DNA of 64,000 nucleotides from an uncultured Clostridium sp. (GTDB taxonomy: Bacteria; Bacillota; Clostridia; TANB77; CAG-508). The notes beneath the pieces are model-generated. The model searched no databases. It was given only the letters and a program-made list of their open reading frames with translations, and was not told where the DNA came from. Of this stretch, positions 10,858-20,309 are shown one piece after another. A program made the translations under genes and the position numbers. The DNA lies in the NCBI GenBank assembly GCA_948442365.1, contig CAOJRU010000003.1, positions 30,052-94,051 on the forward strand. The letters run 5' to 3'. The first letter of the stretch is position 1. Each line of letters starts with the position of its first letter.

Positions 10858-11472
10858 ATGATGGCAATGGAAGAACTATTGAAAAATATACAAATTCAAA
10901 TAGAAAAAAACAATCAAGAAGTGAATGGTAGACTAGACAGAATAGAAAAGAATAATAAAGAGATGAATGGTAGACTAGACAGAATAGAAAAAGACAATAA
11001 AGAGATGAATGGTAGACTAGACAGAATAGAAAAAGACAATAAAGAGATGAATCGTAGACTAGACAGAATAGAAAAAGACAATAAGGAGATGAATGGTAGA
11101 CTAGACAGAATAGAAAAGGACAATAAGGAGATGAATGGTAGACTAGACAGAATAGAAAAGGACAATAAAGAAATGAAATCTGAAATCAAGAATATTCAAA
11201 AAGACAACCAAGAAATTAAAAGTGCTATCAATACAACAAATAAAGAAGTAAAAGATCAAATACATATGATAAAAGATGTCAACTTATCACACATTTTAGA
11301 GAATCAAATAGAAAGCAAGAATGAACTAAAAGAGATGATAAAAGACATAGGAGATAAAGTAGACAAAGGAACAAAGATATTAGAGGACTATATACAAAGA
11401 CATGAAGTAGAACATAGCAAAATAAACTATGAGATAGCAGACTTACAATGGAAAACTAAAATTGCAAATTAG
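10858..11472 (+). CDS. coiled-coil protein with six tandem 14-aa repeats (EMNGRLDRIEKDNK), function unknown
   Basis: Strong RBS AGAGGAGG; in-frame 42-bp repeats; non-repetitive C-terminal half. Confidence 0.6.
   Translation: MMAMEELLKNIQIQIEKNNQEVNGRLDRIEKNNKEMNGRLDRIEKDNKEMNGRLDRIEKDNKEMNRRLDRIEKDNKEMNGRLDRIEKDNKEMNGRLDRIEKDNKEMKSEIKNIQKDNQEIKSAINTTNKEVKDQIHMIKDVNLSHILENQIESKNELKEMIKDIGDKVDKGTKILEDYIQRHEVEHSKINYEIADLQWKTKIAN
10918..11169 (+). repeat. 42-bp tandem repeat x6 (plus a degenerate 7th unit), in frame within CDS 10858..11472
   Basis: Unit GAGATGAATGGTAGACTAGACAGAATAGAAAAAGACAATAAA repeated head-to-tail with 0-4 substitutions per unit. Confidence 0.95.
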
Positions 11473-11573
11473 GGAGAAACACAAAAAACATAGATAAATT
11501 TTAATGAATAACAGTAATTTTTGTATTATAATATCATTTTAGATAAAATATTAAAAAATAAATAATAAAAATA

Positions 11574-11602
11574 TTGCAAAAAAATCAAGTTAAGGGTATA
11601 CT
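11574..11602 (+). promoter_or_regulatory. candidate promoter for the wzz/kinase/phosphatase genes
   Basis: TTGCAA, 17-nt spacer, TATACT. Confidence 0.4.
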
Positions 11603-11650
11603 ATATAATGAAATATAACGAATGAAAAAAGAGAAAGGAAAACAAGAGAA

Positions 11651-12358
11651 ATGGAAGAAATCGACTTAAAAGAAATGTTTAACATGTTTTGGAGTAAAAA
11701 AATACAAATAATAATAATTATCTTGGTATTTATGATTGGAGGAATTATTTATACATCAGAATTTACAACCCCAATGTATAGTTCATCCACAACCTTAGTA
11801 TTAGCATCATCAGAAGATACCGAAAATAACATCAATACCACGATAACGGCAACAGATATTACGATCAATTCAAAATTAGTTTCTACTTATAGTGAATTAG
11901 TAAAAAGTAAAAACATATTAAGAGAAGTTATTAACAACTTAAAAGTTTCGGTCGATGAAGACACATTAAGAAAGCATGTAAAAGTAAGTTCAGTAAAAAA
12001 TACAGAATTAATAGAAATAACCGTAGAAGACGAAAATCCATCTAATGCTGCTAAAATTGCAAATGAAATTGCGAAGGTTTTTACAGAAAAAGTAAAAGAA
12101 ATTTATAATATCAATAATGTTCAGATTGTAGATGAAGCGGAAATATCATCTGTACCATCCAATATCAATCATGTGAAAAATGCTATTATGTCGATAGGAA
12201 TAGGATTAGTAATAGCCGTTATTTATGTAATCATATCAAGTATGTTAGACACTACGATAAAAACACCAGAAGACGTTGAAACTAATTTCAACATACCAGT
12301 TTTAGCATCTATACCAATGATAGAAAAATTAAATAATGAAAGGAAATACAAGAGATAA
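11651..12358 (+). CDS. Wzz/CapA/YveK-type chain-length determinant (BY-kinase transmembrane modulator)
   Basis: TM helix, periplasmic-like domain, second TM helix; YSSSTTLVL and ELIEITVEDENP motifs; stop overlaps the kinase start (TAATG). Confidence 0.85.
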   Translation: MEEIDLKEMFNMFWSKKIQIIIIILVFMIGGIIYTSEFTTPMYSSSTTLVLASSEDTENNINTTITATDITINSKLVSTYSELVKSKNILREVINNLKVSVDEDTLRKHVKVSSVKNTELIEITVEDENPSNAAKIANEIAKVFTEKVKEIYNINNVQIVDEAEISSVPSNINHVKNAIMSIGIGLVIAVIYVIISSMLDTTIKTPEDVETNFNIPVLASIPMIEKLNNERKYKR

Positions 12359-13506
12359 TGAAAAGAGAAGTGGTAGCACATGGAGATCCAAAATCTCCTA
12401 TATCGGAAATATTTAGAACCCTAAGAACCAATATACAATTTATCAACACAGATGAAAAAACAAAAACATTATTAGTAACATCTACTCTTCCAGGAGAAGG
12501 AAAGAGTTGGATAGCCTCTAATTTAGCAGTTACATTTGCACAAACCGGAAAAAAAGTAGTAATAGTAGATGCTGACATGAGAAAAGGAAGACAATACACC
12601 ATATTTGACACACCTCCAACACCGGGACTATCTAACTATTTATCACAAGTTGGAATCAGTAAAAAAGAAAACATAACCGATGAAATTTTAGACTGTATAC
12701 GAAAAACGGAAGTACCAAATTTATATTTAATGCCAGCAGGAAGTATCCCACCAAATCCTTCCGAATTATTGGTATCACCTAAAATGATAAAGTTATTAGA
12801 CAAGTTAAAACAAGCCTTTGACATTGTTATTATTGATGGTACACCATGTGAATTGGTAACCGATGCGGTTATTTTATCAAGAATTGTAGATTCTACCATT
12901 ATAGTAACAGCTCATAAATTAACCAAAAAAGACGCTTTAGAAAGAGCCATTAAGAGCATACAAAATGTAGGAGGAAAATTAACAGGAGTAGTAGTTAACA
13001 AAATGCCAATATCAGGGAAAAAATACGAAAAGAAATATTATTATTATGGAGAGCACTCTGATAGATTAGAAGATGATAATATACCACAAAGAGAAATACC
13101 AGTTAAAAGCATAAAAGAACAAGAAAAGAAAGTAGAAACAACAGAAGAAGTAGTTAAACCAGAGGCCACAAAAACGGAAACAAGTGCAAAGAAAACCACC
13201 CAAAAAACAGCAAGTACCAAGACAGGAAATACGAAAACCACCACCAAAAAGAAAACAACTAAGGCAAAAGAAACTAAGCCAGAAGCAATAGAACCAGCAA
13301 AAGAACTTACAGAACCAACAGAACAAGTAGATGTTAGGCAAAAAGAAATAGATCAAAAGCAAAAAGAACGCGAAGAGGAAGAAAAAAGGGCAAAAGAAAA
13401 GACTAATGACATACTAAAAAAGATGAATGAATATTTAGAAAAAGAAAATGCTAAAAAAGAGAAAGAAAAAGAGAAGGAAGAAGAAAAAGGAGAAGAAAAT
13501 GATTGA
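12358..13506 (+). CDS. CpsD/CapB-type tyrosine autokinase (BY-kinase) with long K/T/E-rich C-terminal extension
   Basis: Walker A TSTLPGEGKSWIASNLA, Walker A' VVIVDADMRKG, Walker B DIVIIDGTP, Tyr cluster KKYYYYG; then about 150 aa of low-complexity tail. Confidence 0.85.
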   Translation: MKREVVAHGDPKSPISEIFRTLRTNIQFINTDEKTKTLLVTSTLPGEGKSWIASNLAVTFAQTGKKVVIVDADMRKGRQYTIFDTPPTPGLSNYLSQVGISKKENITDEILDCIRKTEVPNLYLMPAGSIPPNPSELLVSPKMIKLLDKLKQAFDIVIIDGTPCELVTDAVILSRIVDSTIIVTAHKLTKKDALERAIKSIQNVGGKLTGVVVNKMPISGKKYEKKYYYYGEHSDRLEDDNIPQREIPVKSIKEQEKKVETTEEVVKPEATKTETSAKKTTQKTASTKTGNTKTTTKKKTTKAKETKPEAIEPAKELTEPTEQVDVRQKEIDQKQKEREEEEKRAKEKTNDILKKMNEYLEKENAKKEKEKEKEEEKGEEND

Positions 13507-14281
13507 CTTTCATACACACATATTACCCAATATAGATGATGGAGCAAAAAGTATAGAAGAGACAATGGAATTAGTAGAAGAAGCTAAAAAAGTAGGGTTT
13601 GAAGCAATCATTTCTACCTCTCATTATATGGAGGGATATTACGAAACCAATACACCAGAACGAGAGGTATGGATTAATATAATTTATCAAAAATTGCAAG
13701 AAGAAAATAGAGAAATGAAATTATATTTAGGAAATGAAATATATTTGTCAGAAAATATCATGCGATTATTAGAAGAAGGAAAAGCTTCTACCATAAATGA
13801 TACAAGTTATATACTTTTTGAAATGCCACTCAATATTGAACCATTAAATTTATATAATGTTGTGTATGAAATGCTACAAAACAAATTAGTGCCTGTATTA
13901 GCCCATCCAGAAAGATATACTTTTGTACAACAATCCCCAGAATTAATTAATGAATTAATTGAAAAAGGCGTATTAATGCAATGTAATTATGCTAGTATAG
14001 ATGGCTATTATGGAAAAAGGGCAAAAGTAATTGTAAAAAAAATGTTAGAAAATGATATGGTACATTTTTTCGGAAGTGATGTACATAGAGCCAATACGAT
14101 TTATCCTAGAATACCAGAAATACTAAAAAAATTAACCGAAATCATAGGAAAAGAAAAATTAGAAGAATTAACAACAAGAAATCCTAAATTAGCTTTGAAA
14201 AATAAAAGAATAGAAATAGAAGAGCCGAATAAAATAGAATTAACCATGAAAGAAAAACTAATTATGAAGATGAGCAAATAA
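13499..14281 (+). CDS. CpsB/YwqE-type PHP-family protein-tyrosine phosphatase
   Basis: MIDFHTHILPNIDDGAKS N-terminus, LAHPERY and GSDVH motifs; ATG 13499 overlaps the kinase 3' end by 8 nt. Confidence 0.85.
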   Translation: MIDFHTHILPNIDDGAKSIEETMELVEEAKKVGFEAIISTSHYMEGYYETNTPEREVWINIIYQKLQEENREMKLYLGNEIYLSENIMRLLEEGKASTINDTSYILFEMPLNIEPLNLYNVVYEMLQNKLVPVLAHPERYTFVQQSPELINELIEKGVLMQCNYASIDGYYGKRAKVIVKKMLENDMVHFFGSDVHRANTIYPRIPEILKKLTEIIGKEKLEELTTRNPKLALKNKRIEIEEPNKIELTMKEKLIMKMSK

Positions 14282-14289
14282 GGAGAGTT

Positions 14290-14346
14290 TCTGGTTGAAA
14301 AAGAATACAATTTTGACAGTGCAAATTTTATTCTTTTTCAACCAGA
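14290..14346. terminator. 17-bp perfect inverted repeat at the end of the polysaccharide locus (terminator-like, no clear T-run)
   Basis: TCTGGTTGAAAAAGAAT ... ATTCTTTTTCAACCAGA with 23-nt loop. Confidence 0.45.
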
Positions 14347-14373
14347 TTTAACCTTTAGGAAGGAAGTAAAAAT

Positions 14374-15738
14374 ATGAGAAAATATTTTGGAACAGATGGA
14401 ATTAGAAGAATTGCCAATACAGAATTAACACCAAGTTTGGTATACAAAGTAGCAAAAGCGGGGGCCTATGTTTTATCCAAACATACCGATCATACACCAA
14501 CGATTTTAATTGGAAGAGATACGCGTATATCAGGAACCTTAATAGAAAGTGCGATGGTAGCAGGTTTTCTAAGTTATGGAGCTAATGTAAAATTATTGGG
14601 AGTCATTCCAACACCAGCGGTTGCGTATTTAACAAGAAAATTGAAAGCAGATGCGAGTGTTGTTATTTCAGCATCTCATAATACCTATGAATTCAATGGA
14701 ATTAAATATTTTAGTAATAAAGGTATGAAAATTCCAGATACCTTAGAAGAAGAAATTGAAGAAGTGATGGATTCAGGAAAATTAGATGATTTAACAGCTG
14801 TTAATGACAAAATTGGTGTTTCAGAATATGCTTTAGATTTAATGGAAGAATATGTATACTTTTTTAGAAAGCATTTTGATGAAGTAATCGACAAAAACAT
14901 AACAGATGATTTTGTAGTTGGACTAGACACAGCCAATGGAGCAACATCTGTAGTAGCAGAAAAAGTTTTTAAAGCATTAGGAATACCTTATAAAATTATC
15001 AATAATAAGCCAGATGGAATCAATATTAATGAAAATTGTGGTTCTACTCATTTAGAAGCTCTTAAAAAATTTGTGATTGAGAACAAATTAAGTTTAGGCG
15101 TAGCTTATGATGGAGATGGCGATAGATGTTTAGCAGTGGACGAAAAAGGAAATGAAATAGATGGTGATAAATTATTAGCCATTATTTCTAATAATTTAAG
15201 AGAAAAAGGAAGATTAAACAAAGACACGATTGTGGCAACGGTTATGAGTAATTTAGGTCTCAATAAATATGCAAGAGACAATGGATTAGAGCTTTTACAA
15301 ACCAAAGTAGGAGATCGTTATGTTTTAGAAGAAATGTTAAAAGAGGGATTCAATTTAGGTGGAGAACAATCAGGACATATAATTTTATTAGATTATAATC
15401 CAACAGGAGATGGAATTTTAACTTCTTTAATGCTAATTAAATCAATATTAGAAGCAAAAAAGAAAGCCTCTCAATTAGGTGATATGGTGAAACTATATCC
15501 ACAAGTTTTGGTAAATGCTAAAGTAAATAGTAATAAAAAATATGATTATGATAAAGATGTTACGATAAAGGAAGCCATAGAAAAATTAGAAAAAGAATTT
15601 GCAGGAAATGGTAGAGTATTGATTCGACCTTCTGGAACAGAACCATTAGTAAGAGTTATGATAGAAGGAGAAGATCAAGAGTATATTAATCAAAAAGCAA
15701 AAGAAATAGCAGATTTATTAGAACAAAAATTAAAATAG
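14374..15738 (+). CDS. glmM: phosphoglucosamine mutase
   Basis: MRKYFGTDGIRG-like N-terminus, active-site ISASHNTYEFNGIK, GVAYDGDGDR, GGEQSGH, RPSGTEPLVRVM. Confidence 0.95.
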   Translation: MRKYFGTDGIRRIANTELTPSLVYKVAKAGAYVLSKHTDHTPTILIGRDTRISGTLIESAMVAGFLSYGANVKLLGVIPTPAVAYLTRKLKADASVVISASHNTYEFNGIKYFSNKGMKIPDTLEEEIEEVMDSGKLDDLTAVNDKIGVSEYALDLMEEYVYFFRKHFDEVIDKNITDDFVVGLDTANGATSVVAEKVFKALGIPYKIINNKPDGININENCGSTHLEALKKFVIENKLSLGVAYDGDGDRCLAVDEKGNEIDGDKLLAIISNNLREKGRLNKDTIVATVMSNLGLNKYARDNGLELLQTKVGDRYVLEEMLKEGFNLGGEQSGHIILLDYNPTGDGILTSLMLIKSILEAKKKASQLGDMVKLYPQVLVNAKVNSNKKYDYDKDVTIKEAIEKLEKEFAGNGRVLIRPSGTEPLVRVMIEGEDQEYINQKAKEIADLLEQKLK

Positions 15739-15920
15739 AATTTTACTTTACAATTTCTCTCGTTAAAAAGCGGATTAACAAATAATGAAGAATAAATGTA
15801 TTTAGGATTTGTAACATATGTAACATAAATGTAAAAAAAAAATAAGGCAAAAAGATTGATAAAAGAAGAAAATAATGTTAACATAGAAATAGATATACAA
15901 AAGAAAATGGAGGGTTAAAG

Positions 15921-16259
15921 ATGTTTGTTTTTGATATATCAAATCCACTAACCTTAATATTAATGTTAGCAGCAACCGTATTATTAGTATTTTTAGCACA
16001 AGAAGTAAAAAAGAGTTATATAGGCGCTATTACATTATTTGCTTATTTAATTATTTTAATCATACATGTAGCACAAATTGCTACCTTGTCAGAAGAATTT
16101 AGATATATGCTAACAACTTTATCCAGATGCATAGCGATTGATTTTATATTTGTTTTAATTACTTTCTTTGCTTATTTATGGGTAGATGATATAGAGGCAA
16201 AAGCAGAAGGAAAGAAAAGTATTGATAATAGCTTGGATTGGTTTTGGAAAAAAGTATAA
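15921..16259 (+). CDS. small membrane protein (3 TM helices), unknown function
   Basis: RBS GGAGGG; hydrophobic segments; followed by a terminator. Confidence 0.5.
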   Translation: MFVFDISNPLTLILMLAATVLLVFLAQEVKKSYIGAITLFAYLIILIIHVAQIATLSEEFRYMLTTLSRCIAIDFIFVLITFFAYLWVDDIEAKAEGKKSIDNSLDWFWKKV

Positions 16260-16280
16260 ACTTTTATAAAAAGGAAGAGA

Positions 16281-16308
16281 AAATAGTACCTAAAAGTACT
16301 ATTTTTTT
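16281..16308 (+). terminator. intrinsic terminator
   Basis: AAATAGTAC-ctaaaa-GTACTATTT followed by a T-run. Confidence 0.7.
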
Positions 16309-16429
16309 GTTGTGTAAGGAAATCAAAGTCTATTAAAAAACATAAGATTTACTCTTCTTGTCATAAAAGAACAACTTTTGAATATACATATAGGTAGGAG
16401 AATTTTGAACAAGGACAAGGAGAAATGAT

Positions 16430-17578
16430 ATGTTTAATGTTACAGTACTAAAAATGAAAGATATTAGAAAGTACATGCTAGGAATGGTAATAACCATAAT
16501 AGCAATCATAGCCATTAGCAAATATTTTCCCCAAAATGCGAAAGAAGAAAAAATGGTACAAAAATTAGTATCTGAAAATGCTATGATAAGTTGTTTAGAT
16601 CAAACAATTCCAACCATGTCAAATATTAACGAAGAATATAAAAAAATAGCAGAAGAAGAGGACGAGATAACAGAGGATACGTTCTTACAAGAAATTTTAA
16701 AAACACAAATTAGTACTATAAAAGGAATGGAGAACATAGAAAAAAAAGAAAAATTAGCCAATCAAAAACAAGAGCAAGAATCAGAAACGGAGGAAAAAAT
16801 AGAAGTAGCACAGACAGATTTAGCAACACAAGTAATTACCAATAATCCGATAAAAGAAAACTATAATACAGAATATGGTAAAGTTAAAATAAAAAATGAG
16901 ACAGAATATGAATTAACCAATGAAATGTTACAGCCAGATATTACCATTGAAAATAAAAACATTGTATTATTTCATACTCATAGTTGCGAAAGCTATACTT
17001 CAAGTGAAGCCTATCCATATACACCAACAGGAAACTTTCGAACAACTGATTTAAATTATACGGTTACAAGAGTTGGCACCGAATTAGAAAACCAATTAAA
17101 GCAATATAATTATAAGGTAGTTCATGATACTTCTTATCATGATTATCCAGCTTATAATGGTTCCTATACACGTTCTTTAGCAACAGTAGAAAATATATTG
17201 CAAACAAATTCTTCTGATATCGTAATTGATGTACATAGAGATGCCATAGGTAGTAGAAGTGATTATGCACCTACTGTAAAAATAGGGGAAAACGATGTAG
17301 CAGCACAAATTATGTTTGTGGTAGGAACCAATAATGGAGGTTTATGGCATCCTAATTGGAATCAGAATTTAAAATTTGCCATTAAAATTCAAGAGAAAGC
17401 AGAAGAGATGTATCCAGGTTTGTTTAAACCTATAACATTAACAAAATCAAGATATAATCAACATACAGCAAAATATGCTAATATTATTGAAGTTGGTGCA
17501 ACAGGAAATACATTAGAACAATGTTTAACCAGTATGAAATATTTAGCAAAGGTAATGGAGGAGGTTATTTCACATTAA
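16430..17578 (+). CDS. spoIIP: stage II sporulation protein P (SpoIIP amidase/peptidase family)
   Basis: N-terminal TM helix; LFHTHSCESY and DVHRDA motifs; IEVG near C-terminus. Confidence 0.8.
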   Translation: MFNVTVLKMKDIRKYMLGMVITIIAIIAISKYFPQNAKEEKMVQKLVSENAMISCLDQTIPTMSNINEEYKKIAEEEDEITEDTFLQEILKTQISTIKGMENIEKKEKLANQKQEQESETEEKIEVAQTDLATQVITNNPIKENYNTEYGKVKIKNETEYELTNEMLQPDITIENKNIVLFHTHSCESYTSSEAYPYTPTGNFRTTDLNYTVTRVGTELENQLKQYNYKVVHDTSYHDYPAYNGSYTRSLATVENILQTNSSDIVIDVHRDAIGSRSDYAPTVKIGENDVAAQIMFVVGTNNGGLWHPNWNQNLKFAIKIQEKAEEMYPGLFKPITLTKSRYNQHTAKYANIIEVGATGNTLEQCLTSMKYLAKVMEEVISH

Positions 17579-17641
17579 ATTAACATAAACTGTTGCAATA
17601 ATTTGGAAAATAAGGTATAATATAGGATAGGGGGTAAGAAA

Positions 17642-20119
17642 ATGGTAAAAAATGAAAATATTGAAATAACAAGAATATTAGATATGATAAAAAGTAAAAA
17701 GCTAGTAATCCTATTTATTTTAATAATTTTTACATTAATAGGATATATCTATTCCTATCACTATGTAGTACCAAAATATAAAGCGACCTCAACCTTATTA
17801 TTAATACCAAACAGTACATCAGAAGGAAAAGTAATCATGACATCTGACATAGCAGTCAATGCAGATTTAACACTAAATTCAGGATTAATTGAAACTTATC
17901 GTAGTATTGGAGAAAACTCAAAAGTAATTAAGCAAATTATTAATAATTTGGGACTAGATATGACAGAAGAAGAATTATTAAAAGAGATGAAAATTACAGT
18001 AATGAAAGATACGTATGTAATACAAGTTGCTGTAACAGACATCGATCCGCAAAAAGCGATGGAGATAGCAAAAGAATTTGATGAAGTGTTTTTAAAAGAA
18101 ATAAAAGAAATATATCACTTAGATAATATTGGAGTAGTAGATGAAGCCCAATTACCAGAGAAACCATATAATATTAATCATATAAAAGATATGATTCTAT
18201 TTTTTGCTATGGGAATAGGGGTATCATTTGCGACTGTAATTATCTTTTATCTATTTGATAATACCATAAAAAAAGAAGAAGAAATAGAAAAATATATTCA
18301 ATTAAAATCATTGGGAAGTATTCCCATGAATCAAGATAAAACTGGAGAAATTGTAAACAGAGAGAATGCGAAATCTTATGTTACAGAATGTATTAATACC
18401 ATAAGAACGAATATTTTATATATGAACTCTGCGAAAAATGCTAAAACCATATTAATTACAAGTTGTACACCACGAGAAGGAAAAAGCTGGGTTTCTGCTA
18501 ATATAGCAACCGCCTTTGCAGAAACCGACAAAAAGGTTTTATTAATGGATGCCGATATGAGAAAGGGAAGAGCACACAAAATATTCAAAGTAGCAAATAC
18601 AGAAGGTCTTTCTAATTATTTATATGAAATGACAGGAGATAAAAAAGAAGACATTTTATTAGGGAAAAAATATATCAAAGAAACGCAAATGCCAAATTTA
18701 CATATTTTAACCAATGGTAACATACCACCAAATCCATCCGAATTATTGGAATCAGAACATATGAAAGAATTATTAGAGATACTAAAAAATATTTATGATA
18801 TTATTATTATTGATGCACCACCTTGTAAATTAGTAACCGATAGTATTATCTTATCAACGATTGTAGATTCAACCGTTTTGGTAGCCAATGCAGAAAGAAC
18901 AAAAATGAATGATTTTAATGAAGTAAAAAAATCAATTCAGATGGTAGATGGAGAGATTATTGGAGCTATTTTAAACAAAAAAAGAGTAGCTGGAAAGTTA
19001 TATAGTAAAGGCTATTATTATGGGCATACAGACGAAGTCAAGGTAGAAGAAGTTGAAACAAAACAAATGATTCCAGTAGATGAAATGATGAAACAAGCTA
19101 TTTTAAGAGTGGAAGAAAAAGCGTTTGAAGAAGACATAGAAGATAGCAAAGAAAGTACCGAAACAAAAGTAAAAGAGGAAAAAAGTGAAAAAGAAGATAG
19201 TAATATAGAAGCTTTATTAAAAAGAATGGAAGATGAGAAATTAACAGAAGAACAAGTTGAAAATATTGTAAAACAGGAAATGGATAGTATTTATAGTGAG
19301 ATAAAAGAAGTAAAAAATAATTACAATCAATTAGCAGATGACATCAAAGACACAAGTTATATAGAACTTTTAATAGAAAGAATACAAGAAGAAAAATTAA
19401 CAAAACAACAAATAGAAAATGTTATAAAAGAAGAAATTTCTGATATTAAGCAAAAAGAATTAACAAAAGAACAAATGGAAGAAATTATTAAACAACAAAT
19501 TTCTATTATAACGCAAGAACAATTTACCAAAGAGCAGGTAGGAGATATTATTAAGCAAGAAATTGCCAAAATGAATCATAAACAAGAAATAGAAAAGCTA
19601 TACAATCAATTGGAACAAACAAAATTAAATACGAATGAAATGATAAAAGAAGTAATAAAAAACAATACAGAAAAGCTAATGAATACCATAAAAGACGAAA
19701 AAAATACAGAACAACAAATCCAATTATTAGTTAGCCAAAAGATAACAGAAATGCAAGAAGAAACCCAAAAATTATTAGAGCAAGAAATTACTAAAATTGA
19801 TTATACAGAACAAATCGTTCAAATTAATGAAATGCTTACCAATCTAAAAGATAGTTATTTAGAATTGTCCAATAAAATGAAAACAAATGAAGTAGAAACA
19901 CAATTAACAGTAATGGAAGAAGAAAAACAAGAAACGAAAAACAGAAATATTATTGATTTTAAAGCATTTAAGAAACAAAAAAATAAGAAAAAGGTATATT
20001 CAATTGAAGAAGATATTTCTTATGAAGATTTGGAACAAACAGCAGCTTATGTCATACCACTTCAAATGAAAAAAGCAAGTGGAGGAACTTCTCTAGAAAG
20101 TTATCAAAAAACAATGTAG
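17642..20119 (+). CDS. fused Wzz-like modulator + BY-kinase with ~350-aa coiled-coil repeat C-terminal extension
   Basis: N-terminal Wzz-like region (2 TM helices), Walker A TSCTPREGKSWVSANIA, VLLMDADMRKG, DIIIIDAPP, Tyr cluster YSKGYYYG; then E/K/Q-rich repeats (LTKEQxExIIKQEI). Confidence 0.8.
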   Translation: MVKNENIEITRILDMIKSKKLVILFILIIFTLIGYIYSYHYVVPKYKATSTLLLIPNSTSEGKVIMTSDIAVNADLTLNSGLIETYRSIGENSKVIKQIINNLGLDMTEEELLKEMKITVMKDTYVIQVAVTDIDPQKAMEIAKEFDEVFLKEIKEIYHLDNIGVVDEAQLPEKPYNINHIKDMILFFAMGIGVSFATVIIFYLFDNTIKKEEEIEKYIQLKSLGSIPMNQDKTGEIVNRENAKSYVTECINTIRTNILYMNSAKNAKTILITSCTPREGKSWVSANIATAFAETDKKVLLMDADMRKGRAHKIFKVANTEGLSNYLYEMTGDKKEDILLGKKYIKETQMPNLHILTNGNIPPNPSELLESEHMKELLEILKNIYDIIIIDAPPCKLVTDSIILSTIVDSTVLVANAERTKMNDFNEVKKSIQMVDGEIIGAILNKKRVAGKLYSKGYYYGHTDEVKVEEVETKQMIPVDEMMKQAILRVEEKAFEEDIEDSKESTETKVKEEKSEKEDSNIEALLKRMEDEKLTEEQVENIVKQEMDSIYSEIKEVKNNYNQLADDIKDTSYIELLIERIQEEKLTKQQIENVIKEEISDIKQKELTKEQMEEIIKQQISIITQEQFTKEQVGDIIKQEIAKMNHKQEIEKLYNQLEQTKLNTNEMIKEVIKNNTEKLMNTIKDEKNTEQQIQLLVSQKITEMQEETQKLLEQEITKIDYTEQIVQINEMLTNLKDSYLELSNKMKTNEVETQLTVMEEEKQETKNRNIIDFKAFKKQKNKKKVYSIEEDISYEDLEQTAAYVIPLQMKKASGGTSLESYQKTM

Positions 20120-20204
20120 TAAGAACAAAAGAGGCATGATTCCAATTTTAATCTTTGACAACTTTTCAGAATAGAAAGAAGAGATTAACAAATAATAAAA
20201 AAAG

Positions 20205-20240
20205 AAAAGCAAACTGATAAAAGTAAGTTTGCTTTTTCTT
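20205..20240 (+). terminator. intrinsic terminator
   Basis: AAAAGCAAACT-loop-AGTTTGCTTTT followed by TCTT. Confidence 0.7.
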
Positions 20241-20309
20241 GTATAATACTTGAAAATTCTTTTCTATTTCTATATAATAAGCAAAGAGAAAGAAAGGAGA
20301 AATTTTTAT

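Noticed and set aside
10918-11169. Regular 42-bp repeats as a possible CRISPR array
   Set aside because: The units are directly adjacent with no spacers, they are in frame within a CDS that has an RBS, and no cas genes are nearby.
13044-13565. Three antisense ORFs opposite the kinase tail and the phosphatase start
   Set aside because: Low-complexity mirror translations of the AAG/GAA-rich tail, with no start context.
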